Origin: a bacterium
Lineage (GTDB): Bacteria; Hinthialibacterota; Hinthialibacteria; Hinthialibacterales; Hinthialibacteraceae
Reading direction: 5' to 3'
NCBI GenBank assembly: GCA_963662285.2
Contig: CAXXMV010000003.1
Span: forward strand, 160,001 to 224,000
Length of the DNA: 64,000 nt
The notes under the pieces are model-generated. The model was given only the letters and a program-made list of their open reading frames with translations, did not search any database and was not told where the DNA came from. Position numbers and translations under genes: made by a program. Shown one piece after another: positions 29,041 to 39,624 of this stretch (position 1 is the stretch's first letter; every line of letters begins with the position of its first letter).

Positions 29041-30264
29041 TTAAACTTTATCCACTGATGGTGCAAAAAGTTTGGTTGCCATTGGCGCTGGTCCCATGAT
29101 TGGCAGGACGTAATGGCGGAAGGCTTCAGTTACATTGTTGCCTTCAGCGTTGATGTATTCATCGGCCATAGTCTTTGTTTTGGCTGCGATATCAGTTAGT
29201 GGAACCAAGTCATATTCAACTGCGTAATCGCCAACCCGTTTGATTACTACGGAACCGTCAATGTTGTGCCATACGGCGAACTGAACCGCTTTTTCGCCAA
29301 CTTCACGGGCTTCATGCTGATCAACGGTTGAAACGCAACCCAGGAAGCTGCGGGCTGGATAACCAAGCGTATCTGCGCGAACCCGCTTGATAGGAAGATT
29401 TTCTTTAACCATATTAGAAAGCACGTCGCCCAGAGCGCCTGTACCGGATAGTTGAACGTTGCCGTGAGCGTCTTTTTCGGCATTACCGACAATGCTTACA
29501 ACCAAGGGAACTTCTTTGCCGTTTTCGTCTTTGTCGCTCCAGATGCCTTCCGAAGCGGCCACGATGCAGCGTCCATACTTTTTGTAGGTCGCATCGACGT
29601 CTTTGATGAATTGGTCTTTATCAAATCTACGTTCCGGGACATAAACCAGATGCGGGCCATCGTCCGGGAAATTGCGGTAGGCTGCGGCGGCCGCAGTCAG
29701 GAATCCGGCGTGACGACCCATGACGATAGCGATGTAAACGCCGGGAAGGGCGCGGTTGTCCAGGTTCACTCCGGCGAAGGCTTGAGCTACGTATTTAGCC
29801 GCAGAACCGAATCCCGGGCAGTGATCCGTTACAACCAGGTCATTATCGACGGTTTTGGGGATATGTACGCAACGAACTTCATAATTTTCTTCGATAGCGA
29901 ATTCATTGACCAGACGGCATGTGTCTGATGAATCGTTTCCACCGATGTAGAAGAAATAACGTACGTCATACTTTTTGAATACTTCAAATATCTTTTTGCA
30001 ATATTCCTTGTCCGGTTTGTCGCGGGTTGTGCCTAAAGCGGAAGATGGAGTCTCTCCAACCATTTCCAGATTATGTGAAGTGGCTTGGCTGAGGTCGACG
30101 AATTCCTCATTGATGATTCCACTTACGCCATGACGGGCGCCGTAAACATGAGTTATCTGGGGAAACTTGCGGCATTCCAATGCTGCTCCAACCATGCTTT
30201 GGTTAATAACGGCGGTAGGTCCGCCGCCTTGGGCGATTACTGCTTTTCCGATTAACTGGGACAT
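29041..30264 (-). CDS. pfp: Phosphofructokinase, probably pyrophosphate-dependent
   Basis: GGGPTAVIN, GGNDS (Asp typical of PPi-dependent enzymes), PKTVDND, MGRHAG. Confidence 0.85.
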   Translation of the reverse strand: MSQLIGKAVIAQGGGPTAVINQSMVGAALECRKFPQITHVYGARHGVSGIINEEFVDLSQATSHNLEMVGETPSSALGTTRDKPDKEYCKKIFEVFKKYDVRYFFYIGGNDSSDTCRLVNEFAIEENYEVRCVHIPKTVDNDLVVTDHCPGFGSAAKYVAQAFAGVNLDNRALPGVYIAIVMGRHAGFLTAAAAAYRNFPDDGPHLVYVPERRFDKDQFIKDVDATYKKYGRCIVAASEGIWSDKDENGKEVPLVVSIVGNAEKDAHGNVQLSGTGALGDVLSNMVKENLPIKRVRADTLGYPARSFLGCVSTVDQHEAREVGEKAVQFAVWHNIDGSVVIKRVGDYAVEYDLVPLTDIAAKTKTMADEYINAEGNNVTEAFRHYVLPIMGPAPMATKLFAPSVDKV

Positions 30265-30613
30265 TATCTACTCCTGTGTTTTATTAATGTTATATTTAAA
30301 TTATAAACAGTTTTCTCTGTTTTTATTGTTTAATCATTAAGAGTTGAGTTATGCTTTGAATCAAAGAAATATCTATTCAGCCTTATTATTAAGAAATATA
30401 TTTCTAATTTTTAACGAGCTACCTTAGCTTTATCATGCAAAGCAATCAAGTTCCGTGATTTTTATAATTATATTTTTAATTATTTTAGTCGATCATTCTA
30501 ATAATAATGATGCCTACAGCATAATTTATCCTCGATATTCCGTAAGAATCCACTATATTTACAGGAAATACTTATATAAGATAGATTCAATTATTTTGGG
30601 GAGGTACTATTTT

Positions 30614-31219
30614 ATGAAAAAGGGATTTACTTTAATCGAACTTCTGATTGTGGTTGCCATCATTGGTATTCTTGCCGCAATTGCTGTTCCCAACTTTTTA
30701 AATGCTCAAACCAGGGCTAAATTAGCCCGGATTGAGTCTGACCTGAAGTCATTATCCACAGCTTTAGCAATGTATAAAATGGATAATGGCCATGCGCCCA
30801 GGGATAACTTCCCAAACCATGGCTGGTTTTATTCCTATGCTCTGCTCACATCACCAGTAGCTTACATGAGTTCGGTGCTGCCGGATGTATTTCAAGCCAA
30901 GGATGTTTTGGCAGGCTCGGTGGATCATCGTATTGGAGGGCCAAACGGTCCTTTGACTTATGATTATGGCACTGATGTTTATCATGAATATACTGGCTCC
31001 GCCAAAAATAATAATCACCCCTGGTATAAAGCATGGAAAAATTCTGAATGGAAAATCGGCAGTTGCGGGCCGGATTGCGCATATACCAATGTGAATTTCA
31101 TTTTCGCTGGAGGTGGATGGTTAACCGGGAATTATTACAATGTCAGCAACGGCCTTATTTCGCCTGGCGATATCTTCCGGTGTGAAGAATTCTTTGAACG
31201 GGATCGACAAGGTGAATGA
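30614..31219 (+). CDS. Prepilin-type N-terminal cleavage/methylation protein (type IV pilin / T2SS pseudopilin-like)
   Basis: MKKG^FTLIELLIVVAIIGILAAIAVPNF class III signal; GGAGG SD before ATG 30614, so the longer track start is rejected. Confidence 0.88.
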   Translation: MKKGFTLIELLIVVAIIGILAAIAVPNFLNAQTRAKLARIESDLKSLSTALAMYKMDNGHAPRDNFPNHGWFYSYALLTSPVAYMSSVLPDVFQAKDVLAGSVDHRIGGPNGPLTYDYGTDVYHEYTGSAKNNNHPWYKAWKNSEWKIGSCGPDCAYTNVNFIFAGGGWLTGNYYNVSNGLISPGDIFRCEEFFERDRQGE

Positions 31220-31250
31220 TGCTTCCTGCGTATTTATCTAAGTAAACCAA

Positions 31251-31290
31251 ACAAAAGGCTTGTCAAACACATATTTGGCAAGCCTTTTGT
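31251..31290 (+). terminator. Intrinsic terminator after the pilin-like gene
   Basis: ACAAAAGGCTTGTCAAA/TTTGGCAAGCCTTTTGT inverted repeat. Confidence 0.65.
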
Positions 31291-31389
31291 AATTTCTTCT
31301 TGTCTCCTCCCCCTCACAAAAATATTCTTTAGGATAAAATAATTCTCCAACCGCTATCGCCAAATACTCTAACAGGAGATTGAATAAAT

Positions 31390-31854
31390 ATGAGCACCCC
31401 CGAAATATTCGCTGAAAGAACAGGGAAAGATCAGATCGAGGAAGGAAAGCAATTCGCTCCCAAATTTGATGACAAAGGATTAATCACAGTTGTCACGCAG
31501 GATCATAAAACTGATGAAATTTTGATGGTTGCATTTATGAATGATGAAGCGCTGAAGAAAACCATCGAAATTGGAGAAGCGGTCTATTTCAGCCGCAGCC
31601 GTCAAAAACTATGGCACAAAGGCGAAAGCAGCGGCATGATTCAGAAAGTCAAAGAAATCCGCACCGATTGCGATCAGGACGCCATTATTCTTAAGGTTGA
31701 AATGGTCGGCGGCGCATGTTGCCATGTTGGATACCGTTCATGCTTCTACCGTTCCGTGCCTTTTGGTAAAGATCAATCAACCAACGCGCCATTGGAATTG
31801 TCTTTCACTGAAAAAGAAAAAGTATTTGATCCCAAAGAAGTTTATGGGAAATAA
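31390..31854 (+). CDS. hisI: Phosphoribosyl-AMP cyclohydrolase
   Basis: [38 protein letters not shown]. Confidence 0.95.
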   Translation: MSTPEIFAERTGKDQIEEGKQFAPKFDDKGLITVVTQDHKTDEILMVAFMNDEALKKTIEIGEAVYFSRSRQKLWHKGESSGMIQKVKEIRTDCDQDAIILKVEMVGGACCHVGYRSCFYRSVPFGKDQSTNAPLELSFTEKEKVFDPKEVYGK

Positions 31855-31885
31855 TATATTTCCATTTACCCTTTAGTAATAAATC

Positions 31886-31919
31886 GACGCCAAGGGCTGA
31901 TAATACTACTCTTGGCGTC
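31886..31919. repeat. Short inverted-repeat element with GACGCCAAG/CTTGGCGTC ends (possible terminator or reduced MITE)
   Basis: Ends match those of the 60346..60435 element. Confidence 0.5.
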
Positions 31920-31943
31920 CACATCTTCTCTTCTTCTTCAAAA

Positions 31944-34877
31944 CTATTCCAATTTTTCACCAAAAGATTCCGTCATGATGATATTAAGTGTTTGTGAATC
32001 CAGATATTCTTCATCCAAAGAGCCATAGTTAACGTCAAAAAGAATGGGAGCATCGGGCGCCGCTGATAGGATTTTCCGCAGTTTGTCTATTTCTTTGAAA
32101 TCAGTGAGAGGAGCATTTGCGCTCCAGAGCCGCCCGCTTATATCATAAGCAGGGGCGCCGATCAGCCAGAATCCGATTCGATTCTGTAAGATGTCCGTGA
32201 TCTTTTTAATATCGGCGTTCTTAGATAGGAGATTGGCCGTGCTTGGCGCCAGGCGTAAATTTGGCGCATCAACCCGTTTTAAGAAATTTACAGCTTCTTC
32301 AAGATTCCAGGGCGGCTTGTTGGGCGACATCCGCAAGTGCACGGTTATCGATTTGTTATCTGCTACTGCGCAAATTTCCTTCAGGGTTTTATCAAAAGAA
32401 TTCCAGGTCTGCTCTGTAGTAAAATTGTTTTCCGGAAAGCGATGCAGCGAAAGCATTAGATCGCGTGATTGAAGGATTTCCATTTTGCGTAGGATATCAT
32501 CAATTACTTTCATGCTTTTTGCGTATTCATCAGCATCGTTATCGATCAAGCGTAAATCCGGGTATAAATTAATTCCCGATGATATATCCACAACGACGCG
32601 CAAGCCTTGCCGGTTGATCCAGCCGGATTCATTGCGCAAGGCGTCTTTTTCCCGCTTTAGAAGATAATTCCAGTCAATCACGACGCCATCGTAATGCTCA
32701 AAAAAAGTAGGCCGGGCCAAAACGGCCTCCTTGATAGAATTTATATTATTCAACGTGAGTATCCGGTCAGCCGGGCGGTTCGGGGGATTTTGGTGAGCAA
32801 TAACTTTAATATTTTCTTCCTGCACCTTTACTGTGAAAATCCGGATGTCGCCTCCAGCGATTGAGTCATCGCTGCTGACGCCGAGATTTGGATTTATCAC
32901 AGTTTCCGGTAGATACCCGATGGCCTGTTTTTCTGATTGATCGAGTTGCAATTCCTTGATTGATGCAATCGAACCGCATTTTGAATTTATCCGCAGAGGT
33001 TTTGCTTCCCAATTGTTATTGTTGATTCCCAACACATATTCGCCCGGATTCTTTCTGCAAGTAATCAGGCTTAGGTTATCTCCCACATCAAACAGTTGTT
33101 GATCGCGGAAGATATCGCCTAACAGGATGCGTACATGATTCAGGAGGGGATATGGTTTTGGTAGAGGTTGATCTTCCTGGCTTATGATCTTTTCCTTCAT
33201 TATCGGCTGATCACAAATTCCAAACGGGCTGGCGAGTACGGTTATGCGACCAGCGCCATGATTGATTTCAATGGCGGCGGGCATATCGCCGCATTGCGCT
33301 AACACGCGTGCGTTGGATGGATAAGTGAGCGGATAAAGAGCAAAAGAATTCTTTTCTACGCAGGTATCATTTTTGATATGAAATTCGCCTGGTTGGAAGA
33401 TTTGCATGGATCCATTAACTTGAATACCTGCGAGTCCATCAGGTAATTTATTAAGGTTGCCAGCTGTTATAACCAGGTGACCGCCGGATTCGATGTAACT
33501 AAGAAGTTTGTCTTGTATTTCCAATCCACCATTTAATTCACCAGCGATGACCAGCGCCGCGTATCGTTTCAACAACCATGCTGGAGCGTCGCTGAGCAGA
33601 CAATCGGCGGAGTCGCCGTATGGCGTGGATGTGATAAAACCTTGCTCGTCATGAAAATATGAGGAATCCTGGTAGCCGGGATATAGCATGTCCAAAACGC
33701 CGTCACCCAGGTAGTCGCCTGGTTCGTAGGGCAGGTTGCCCCAGACCCGGTAAACGTTTCCCGAATATAAGTGACGGGGGAACGACCAACCTGAATAAAA
33801 ATCCATCATCAAGGCGATGGGAGTAAGCATGTCGCCCGGTTGCCCTTGTTCTTGAACCCATTGGCGGGCGGAGGCCTGCATTTGGCCGATGGGTGATAAT
33901 GCGCCTTGGGCGTCGAACCAGCCGTTTTCAAAACCGGCGAATACGCAGTTATAAAGTATATGGCTGTAGATCAAGCGCTTGAACAAACTTAAACTGGTTC
34001 CTTTGGTCGGGCTATGATCATTGCCTTCGCTGCCGTATGTCTTGTATCCCCACCGGTTGTAAATCGAGGCATTGCCAAACCACGGGACGCCATATTGTTT
34101 GCCCGCGCCGCGAATAAATGAGTAGTAAACCTGGCCGTTGGGCAGCCCCTGGGCGGTTTCCGCGCCAATCAGGGCGTAGACTCCTTCCTTCAAGAAATAG
34201 TGGCCGAAATTGAGCGAGACCAAGGTCGACATCTTATTGCCCAGGTCGTCGCACATACGCTGAAAATGGCGCTGGAAATTCAGGTACTGATCAAAGCGGT
34301 CGGATGAATTGTTATTAATTTGCGACGCGTAGCCGCCGATGTATCGCCCGTCCTGCTCCCCGACATCCATACCCAGCCATCGCTCGCCTAATTTTGATTC
34401 CAATAGATCGAAGACTCCTTCTGGTGGTTTGTATTGCTGCCAATAGCCTCCAGGACCGGAGCCGGGAACGTAACCCCAGATGTCAAACAGAAAGAGATTT
34501 CGGCGCTTTATCTCATCGGCTAACTCGCCCAGGTTTTTGGCGAAAAGAATTGAGTATGACGGCCAGATCACATCGCCTAATTGATAGGTATTAGTGTATT
34601 TATCCAATTCCTGAGCATAATCAACAATAAGATCGTCCTTGACGGCGAATCCGCGCAGGCTGGTAAATCGCGTTTGGCCGCCGAAAGTATCCCAATCCGG
34701 CGGTTGTACAGAGCGCCGGGAATAATCGGGGTGTTCTTTAGGTTCCAGGCGATGGGCGTAGATACGGTGTTTAGTGACCGTATCGGCTGCGTGAATCTTA
34801 GCCGTAGGCAAAACAATAAGAATGAAAAATAAGATAACCGGGCATAATTTAATAAATAGAGAAGGGAATAAACGCAT
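31944..34877 (-). CDS. Large secreted hypothetical protein, candidate glycoside hydrolase
   Basis: Signal peptide; aromatic-rich N-terminal domain (DVGEQDGRY, IGAETAQ); segment resembling a GH42-type trimerisation domain (LLSYIESGGHLVI); TIM-barrel-like C-terminus. Confidence 0.6.
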   Translation of the reverse strand: MRLFPSLFIKLCPVILFFILIVLPTAKIHAADTVTKHRIYAHRLEPKEHPDYSRRSVQPPDWDTFGGQTRFTSLRGFAVKDDLIVDYAQELDKYTNTYQLGDVIWPSYSILFAKNLGELADEIKRRNLFLFDIWGYVPGSGPGGYWQQYKPPEGVFDLLESKLGERWLGMDVGEQDGRYIGGYASQINNNSSDRFDQYLNFQRHFQRMCDDLGNKMSTLVSLNFGHYFLKEGVYALIGAETAQGLPNGQVYYSFIRGAGKQYGVPWFGNASIYNRWGYKTYGSEGNDHSPTKGTSLSLFKRLIYSHILYNCVFAGFENGWFDAQGALSPIGQMQASARQWVQEQGQPGDMLTPIALMMDFYSGWSFPRHLYSGNVYRVWGNLPYEPGDYLGDGVLDMLYPGYQDSSYFHDEQGFITSTPYGDSADCLLSDAPAWLLKRYAALVIAGELNGGLEIQDKLLSYIESGGHLVITAGNLNKLPDGLAGIQVNGSMQIFQPGEFHIKNDTCVEKNSFALYPLTYPSNARVLAQCGDMPAAIEINHGAGRITVLASPFGICDQPIMKEKIISQEDQPLPKPYPLLNHVRILLGDIFRDQQLFDVGDNLSLITCRKNPGEYVLGINNNNWEAKPLRINSKCGSIASIKELQLDQSEKQAIGYLPETVINPNLGVSSDDSIAGGDIRIFTVKVQEENIKVIAHQNPPNRPADRILTLNNINSIKEAVLARPTFFEHYDGVVIDWNYLLKREKDALRNESGWINRQGLRVVVDISSGINLYPDLRLIDNDADEYAKSMKVIDDILRKMEILQSRDLMLSLHRFPENNFTTEQTWNSFDKTLKEICAVADNKSITVHLRMSPNKPPWNLEEAVNFLKRVDAPNLRLAPSTANLLSKNADIKKITDILQNRIGFWLIGAPAYDISGRLWSANAPLTDFKEIDKLRKILSAAPDAPILFDVNYGSLDEEYLDSQTLNIIMTESFGEKLE

Positions 34878-34947
34878 AATAAATCCTTATATGAAATTTA
34901 TCATAAATGAATTACATACCATCAGTTCGACATCGTGATTGATTGCA

Positions 34948-37900
34948 TCATGGCAATTTGGGAATAACAATTTTTTTAAGTACATTAATTTCTACCGGCC
35001 CGATCAAACCGGCGTCAATGAGAGGAACGTCTTTCCAGGGTTTGCCCCAGGCTTTGGGGCCTTTGATGATATTTGAATTAGTACGGCGTTCTTCTGGAGG
35101 CAGTTTTCCATCGCCCACCAATCGGTTATTCCAGACATTAGCGATGTCAACAACCAGATAATTTTCACCTGCTTGAATGAATTTAGTGATATCAAGGCAA
35201 AACGGCTCTTTCCAGACTACGCCCAAACTATGACCGTTTAGATAAACACGTGCAATTTCTTTTACTTTGCCTAAATCCAACAAAAATTGATATTCACCGT
35301 TTACCCAATCAGAAGGAATCTCAAATGACTTCCGGTAATTGGCGATACCTGAAAAATACTGGATGGCCTCCAACTCGCTATCGATCCATGAGATTAATTC
35401 AGGGAACTCAACCACGGTAGGTATCCCCCAGCCATGAGGAAAACGAATTTCCCAGGCACCAGATAGCGTAAGTGGAGAAGGGAGGTCTGCTACATTGATC
35501 TCCCTGACGCGCTGCTGATTGTCAGTGAACTTATATCGTCCGGCTAAAGCAACGTTCGTCACCCATTCGGTGTCTTCATTCTCTATCACCGTCAGGTATT
35601 CATTCTGAGCCTGAGCATCAGGATTCGGGTTACGAATAATAGACTCAATGCGTAGGTCCGGGGCTTTATCTTTGAAAACCACAAAGATTGATCCATTAGG
35701 CGGCAACGTAATAGGAACCCAGGTTTGTGCGCCATCTAGACGATAATGATTCTGTTTGTTGATTTCTCCAGTGTCGGGATGCCAGAATTCAGGGATTTTA
35801 CCTTCAACCCGGAACGCGCAATCAATCTTCTTCCATTGAGCGCTTTTGTTGATAACAAAATAGATATCGCTTTCTCCATGCCGCCGATGAATAAAATCTA
35901 TATCATTCTGGTCATCTTCCTGGCGCAGTTGGATATCTGGAGAGATTTGTTTATCATCCAAAATCCGGCGTAATGTTTTTCCCCAAACGATTTTACCTTT
36001 ACCATACTTATTCTCGGTGACGTTTACGCCGTCGCATTCTCCCCAAAGTTTATCGGCTAAAAGTTTTACCTGTGCATCTGTCCGGGTGGCTTGGTTCAAG
36101 CTGTATGCGCGGGATGGTTTTGAACCGACTACAGTAGCTCCATTCAAAACCAGTTGCTCGATTCTTTTTAATACATCCCAATCCATAGCGACTTCATCCG
36201 GCAGCGCCAACAATGCGTAACTCATGCCATCGGGGAGAACAATGCGACCATCTTTAACGCTCATACGTTCCAGGATTACTTCTGAATTGGTTACATCATA
36301 ATCATATCCATAACCCAGAGAGGGATCGATGTGTTTGGGATCAACGAAGTTAGGCGCCTGGTCGCCGTAGTAATAGCATACGTCCGCCACGAAAAGGCCT
36401 TGCTGTAATAGATGCGAGCAACGGGAAAGATAAGCGATAAAATCATCAGCCATAGGCCACCAAATCCGCGTGGTGTTAACATGAGTCCCCGCATGGTACG
36501 CCCATCCGGGAACGCCGGATTCAGGCGGGGTATGGGCGAAAGTATGAAAGACGAAATGATTCAGCCCCTCGCACATGGCCTTGTCAGCTAGTGGTTTTAA
36601 CTCATAAGGTCCCTCTTGCCAGTTCTCAAAACTGGTAAACGACTCTCCCTGCACCAATTTTTTCCCATAAATATGTGAAGCGCATGCGATTTCTTTTATT
36701 AACCAAAGCAGATCGATGCCTTTTTCGTTAAGAACCTGGTGCTTGTTCCAGAATTCGCCGCGTGGAATATCCAAGGCGCCTAGAGCGCGCAGGGCTTCAA
36801 CCGGGCAATTGTGCAGAGGCTGACCAGGGCCGCCTGCTTCTGAAATGAGTTCAAGACCTTGTTCATGAACCATATTACGGGCGTTGATGTAATGGCCTTC
36901 AATAATCAAATCAGACAGGGTTTTTTTATAATCAAAGAGGAATCGTTCCGTTGTCTCTGCATCCTGTATAGTTCTATCAAATAAGGCTGGAAGATAGGGC
37001 GCCATATTGTATCCCCGTCTCTTTAGAAATTCTTCCGCAAAGGCAGGCGTCCAGATTTTCCCCCGTACTTCATAACTGCATAGATATAGATATTGTAATG
37101 CGGATGAAGCAAGGTCGCCTATTTCAGACTGCAAGCGGTCAAGTATATATTCGAAATGTTGAGTAGTCGCCTGGGGATTAAAATGATCAAGAATCAAACC
37201 GTCCGAGTTAGGGCTGGGTAGTTTCAAGGTTTCGCCAGTGTTGGAGCAGACGTAGCGCATGATTTCCCATTCGCCATCCGGCAGCGACGTAGTGAGCAAA
37301 CCCTTGTCATCGAGGTTGCCTGTTAAATTGATGATTTGATTCATATCGATAGCGTCATTTTTATCAACTACGGGTATCGCCAATACTGCTATATCTTTAT
37401 AAAACAAAGGAAGACCATCCTCACCCAGAAGGTTTTTGAATTTCATTCTCTCTTTAGGAATTTTTATTTCAGGAAAAGGCAGGTTTATAGAAAGTTCTTG
37501 TGCGCCGGAAACTTTCACCGAAGATGTGAATATTCCCATCATAGCCATCTCTGGCGTGATCCAACTGCCGCCAGCATCCCAACTGTTGGAAGCGATTAGG
37601 CAGATGCCGAGTCCAAGGCGCCCCGCTTCACGCACCGCGTAACCAATAGCATCCACTGATTCAGGCCCCATAAACGCCGGTCCGGCTGGAACATCGCTTC
37701 CAGTACTATAGGCGCCGATATCGAAGATATTGAAGCCGCCCAGCCCTTTGCGCTTGATCTCTTCCAATTCATAAGTCATTTGCGCGTAGTTAAAGTTGCC
37801 GTTTACCCAGCACCAATAAGCCCAAGGGCGGGCTGACATTGGAGGCGTTCCGAATTCATCTTCCATGACTGCGGCTTCAGAAGCGCATATGTTCATTGGT

Positions 37901-37965
37901 AAAAAATAAGCGGCGACAAATAATCCTGATAAGGCTAAAATCTTTTTGACATTAAATATATTCAT
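34948..37965 (-). CDS. GH106 alpha-L-rhamnosidase-like glycoside hydrolase
   Basis: PPMSARPWAYWCWVNGN, GLGGFNIFD, WDAGGSWITPE, SYE, DIPRGEFW, ESFTS, FWHPDTG, LDLGKV, NVWNNRLVGD. Confidence 0.85.
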   Translation of the reverse strand: MNIFNVKKILALSGLFVAAYFLPMNICASEAAVMEDEFGTPPMSARPWAYWCWVNGNFNYAQMTYELEEIKRKGLGGFNIFDIGAYSTGSDVPAGPAFMGPESVDAIGYAVREAGRLGLGICLIASNSWDAGGSWITPEMAMMGIFTSSVKVSGAQELSINLPFPEIKIPKERMKFKNLLGEDGLPLFYKDIAVLAIPVVDKNDAIDMNQIINLTGNLDDKGLLTTSLPDGEWEIMRYVCSNTGETLKLPSPNSDGLILDHFNPQATTQHFEYILDRLQSEIGDLASSALQYLYLCSYEVRGKIWTPAFAEEFLKRRGYNMAPYLPALFDRTIQDAETTERFLFDYKKTLSDLIIEGHYINARNMVHEQGLELISEAGGPGQPLHNCPVEALRALGALDIPRGEFWNKHQVLNEKGIDLLWLIKEIACASHIYGKKLVQGESFTSFENWQEGPYELKPLADKAMCEGLNHFVFHTFAHTPPESGVPGWAYHAGTHVNTTRIWWPMADDFIAYLSRCSHLLQQGLFVADVCYYYGDQAPNFVDPKHIDPSLGYGYDYDVTNSEVILERMSVKDGRIVLPDGMSYALLALPDEVAMDWDVLKRIEQLVLNGATVVGSKPSRAYSLNQATRTDAQVKLLADKLWGECDGVNVTENKYGKGKIVWGKTLRRILDDKQISPDIQLRQEDDQNDIDFIHRRHGESDIYFVINKSAQWKKIDCAFRVEGKIPEFWHPDTGEINKQNHYRLDGAQTWVPITLPPNGSIFVVFKDKAPDLRIESIIRNPNPDAQAQNEYLTVIENEDTEWVTNVALAGRYKFTDNQQRVREINVADLPSPLTLSGAWEIRFPHGWGIPTVVEFPELISWIDSELEAIQYFSGIANYRKSFEIPSDWVNGEYQFLLDLGKVKEIARVYLNGHSLGVVWKEPFCLDITKFIQAGENYLVVDIANVWNNRLVGDGKLPPEERRTNSNIIKGPKAWGKPWKDVPLIDAGLIGPVEINVLKKIVIPKLP

Positions 37966-38082
37966 TGAATTTTTCCTATTTGGATTTTATTTCTATATTC
38001 TATTTTGTACCTAATTATACAAAACACTTATAGGTGTATATACAAATCTTGTGAACATAACGTAATGCTATGAATATGTGAA

Positions 38083-39624
38083 TTAATTATAGTTTTTAAC
38101 TTGCGGCCAAATTTCTTTTAATGTGATTTTCGGCTGACGGCATAGATAAACCGGCAGGTTGCTTTCATAGGGCATCGATAAAGGGTGAACTATCATCGTG
38201 GCTTGTTGAACGTTATCAAATACTTTATCCAAACTGTTCCGTGAAGAACCAACGCTAATGGCGATTTCACCATTCTTATCGCCCGGTCCCCAGAGAAAAT
38301 AACTGTTATGACTGCTTATCGCTTTAGGGAGATCGTATTTCTTCCCGAAATAATCTATGGCCCCGGCTTCACCATAATTTCCGGCGATTATGACGCACTT
38401 GGCTTGATCAACTTGAGGCAATTCCTGATAGACCTTCCCGATAGCGTCTACCATTTCCTCCCAGCCCTGACGGTCGGCGAAACTCTGAGGTAACGCGCCC
38501 TGGTCATGCTTTTCTTCTGCACTTGTCTTGATACCCAACTTATTGGAATATGCAATAAATACTTCTGGAGAAAGGATAGGCAAGGCCAGCGGAGCGATTA
38601 TGATTCCACCAATTATCACTACAATCACAACCGCTGGTTTTAACCAATTCCAGCCAAGGCGCCGTATAGCATTTTCAATACAGACTGCTCCTGCGGCGAA
38701 CAACATGCCGTAAACCGGTGTTAAATAATAGGCTTTACCTTTCATGATGATCATCAAGGGCAGGACGGTCGCATATATCCAGCCTAGCATGCGGAAGCGT
38801 TTTCCCTTGTTAGAAAAGAATAACCAGAACAAACCAGTCAGCCAGATTGGCGTCAGGCTAGGATGGGTCATAATGATTTGATCTTTGATGAACTGAAGCG
38901 GAGAGAGCGCAATGTTCTTGTAAAGCCGAGCATTGTTCATGAACTCCAGCGTAGGCCAATCGTTACTGAATTGCCAAATTATATGAGGTAGAAAGATTCC
39001 GAATGAGATAAGGCCTGTGATCCATAGCCGCTTATTCTTAAACCATTGTCTCTGTGGAGATAGAATCAGTCCGACGAACAATCCAAAGCCGAAGAACAGC
39101 ATGGAGATTTTGTTTATCAGCCCAATGCCCATTATCATTCCCAGAATAATCCATATCCGGGGTTGATCATCATTTTTAATTAGCGCAACCAATAAATAGG
39201 CGCTGAGCAGCCAGAACAGATAATCAAAAATGTTCATTGAGAAGTAGCCTGTAATCGCAAGGCAGATGGGCATAAGCAGCATAGACAACCCGGCCAGTCC
39301 CTGTGCGAATAAACCGCCGCCCAACTCGCGCGCTAACCTTCCCGTTAAATATACAATCAATGCTCCAACCAACACGGCGGGCAATCGCAAAGCAAAGAGA
39401 GAATCTCCCAACAACGCTTGGGTGATGAAGGCGACGACAGCGACAAATGGAGGATGATCCACATACCCGAAATCCAGATGCTGTCCGCATGCCATGTAAT
39501 AGAATTCATCCCGGAAAAAATTGTCGTGAAGATTTACCCAGCAATGGAGCAAAACCTTAAGAAGGACTAAAAAAATTAATAAGAGAGTGGCTTTTTGGTC
39601 AGAAGAATATGATGAATTTGGCAT
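38083..39624 (-). CDS. GT-C fold membrane glycosyltransferase (GT39/PMT_2, ArnT-like)
   Basis: RDEFYY, GYVDHPP, LFALRLP, ~11 TM helices, NYGEAGAI..SHNSYFLWGP. Confidence 0.85.
   Translation of the reverse strand: MPNSSYSSDQKATLLLIFLVLLKVLLHCWVNLHDNFFRDEFYYMACGQHLDFGYVDHPPFVAVVAFITQALLGDSLFALRLPAVLVGALIVYLTGRLARELGGGLFAQGLAGLSMLLMPICLAITGYFSMNIFDYLFWLLSAYLLVALIKNDDQPRIWIILGMIMGIGLINKISMLFFGFGLFVGLILSPQRQWFKNKRLWITGLISFGIFLPHIIWQFSNDWPTLEFMNNARLYKNIALSPLQFIKDQIIMTHPSLTPIWLTGLFWLFFSNKGKRFRMLGWIYATVLPLMIIMKGKAYYLTPVYGMLFAAGAVCIENAIRRLGWNWLKPAVVIVVIIGGIIIAPLALPILSPEVFIAYSNKLGIKTSAEEKHDQGALPQSFADRQGWEEMVDAIGKVYQELPQVDQAKCVIIAGNYGEAGAIDYFGKKYDLPKAISSHNSYFLWGPGDKNGEIAISVGSSRNSLDKVFDNVQQATMIVHPLSMPYESNLPVYLCRQPKITLKEIWPQVKNYN

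Noticed and set aside
30455-30613. N-terminal extension of the pilin ORF; likewise 15566-15658 of the DUF1080 ORF
   Set aside because: This is AT-rich intergenic sequence. SD sites and signal motifs support the downstream ATGs.
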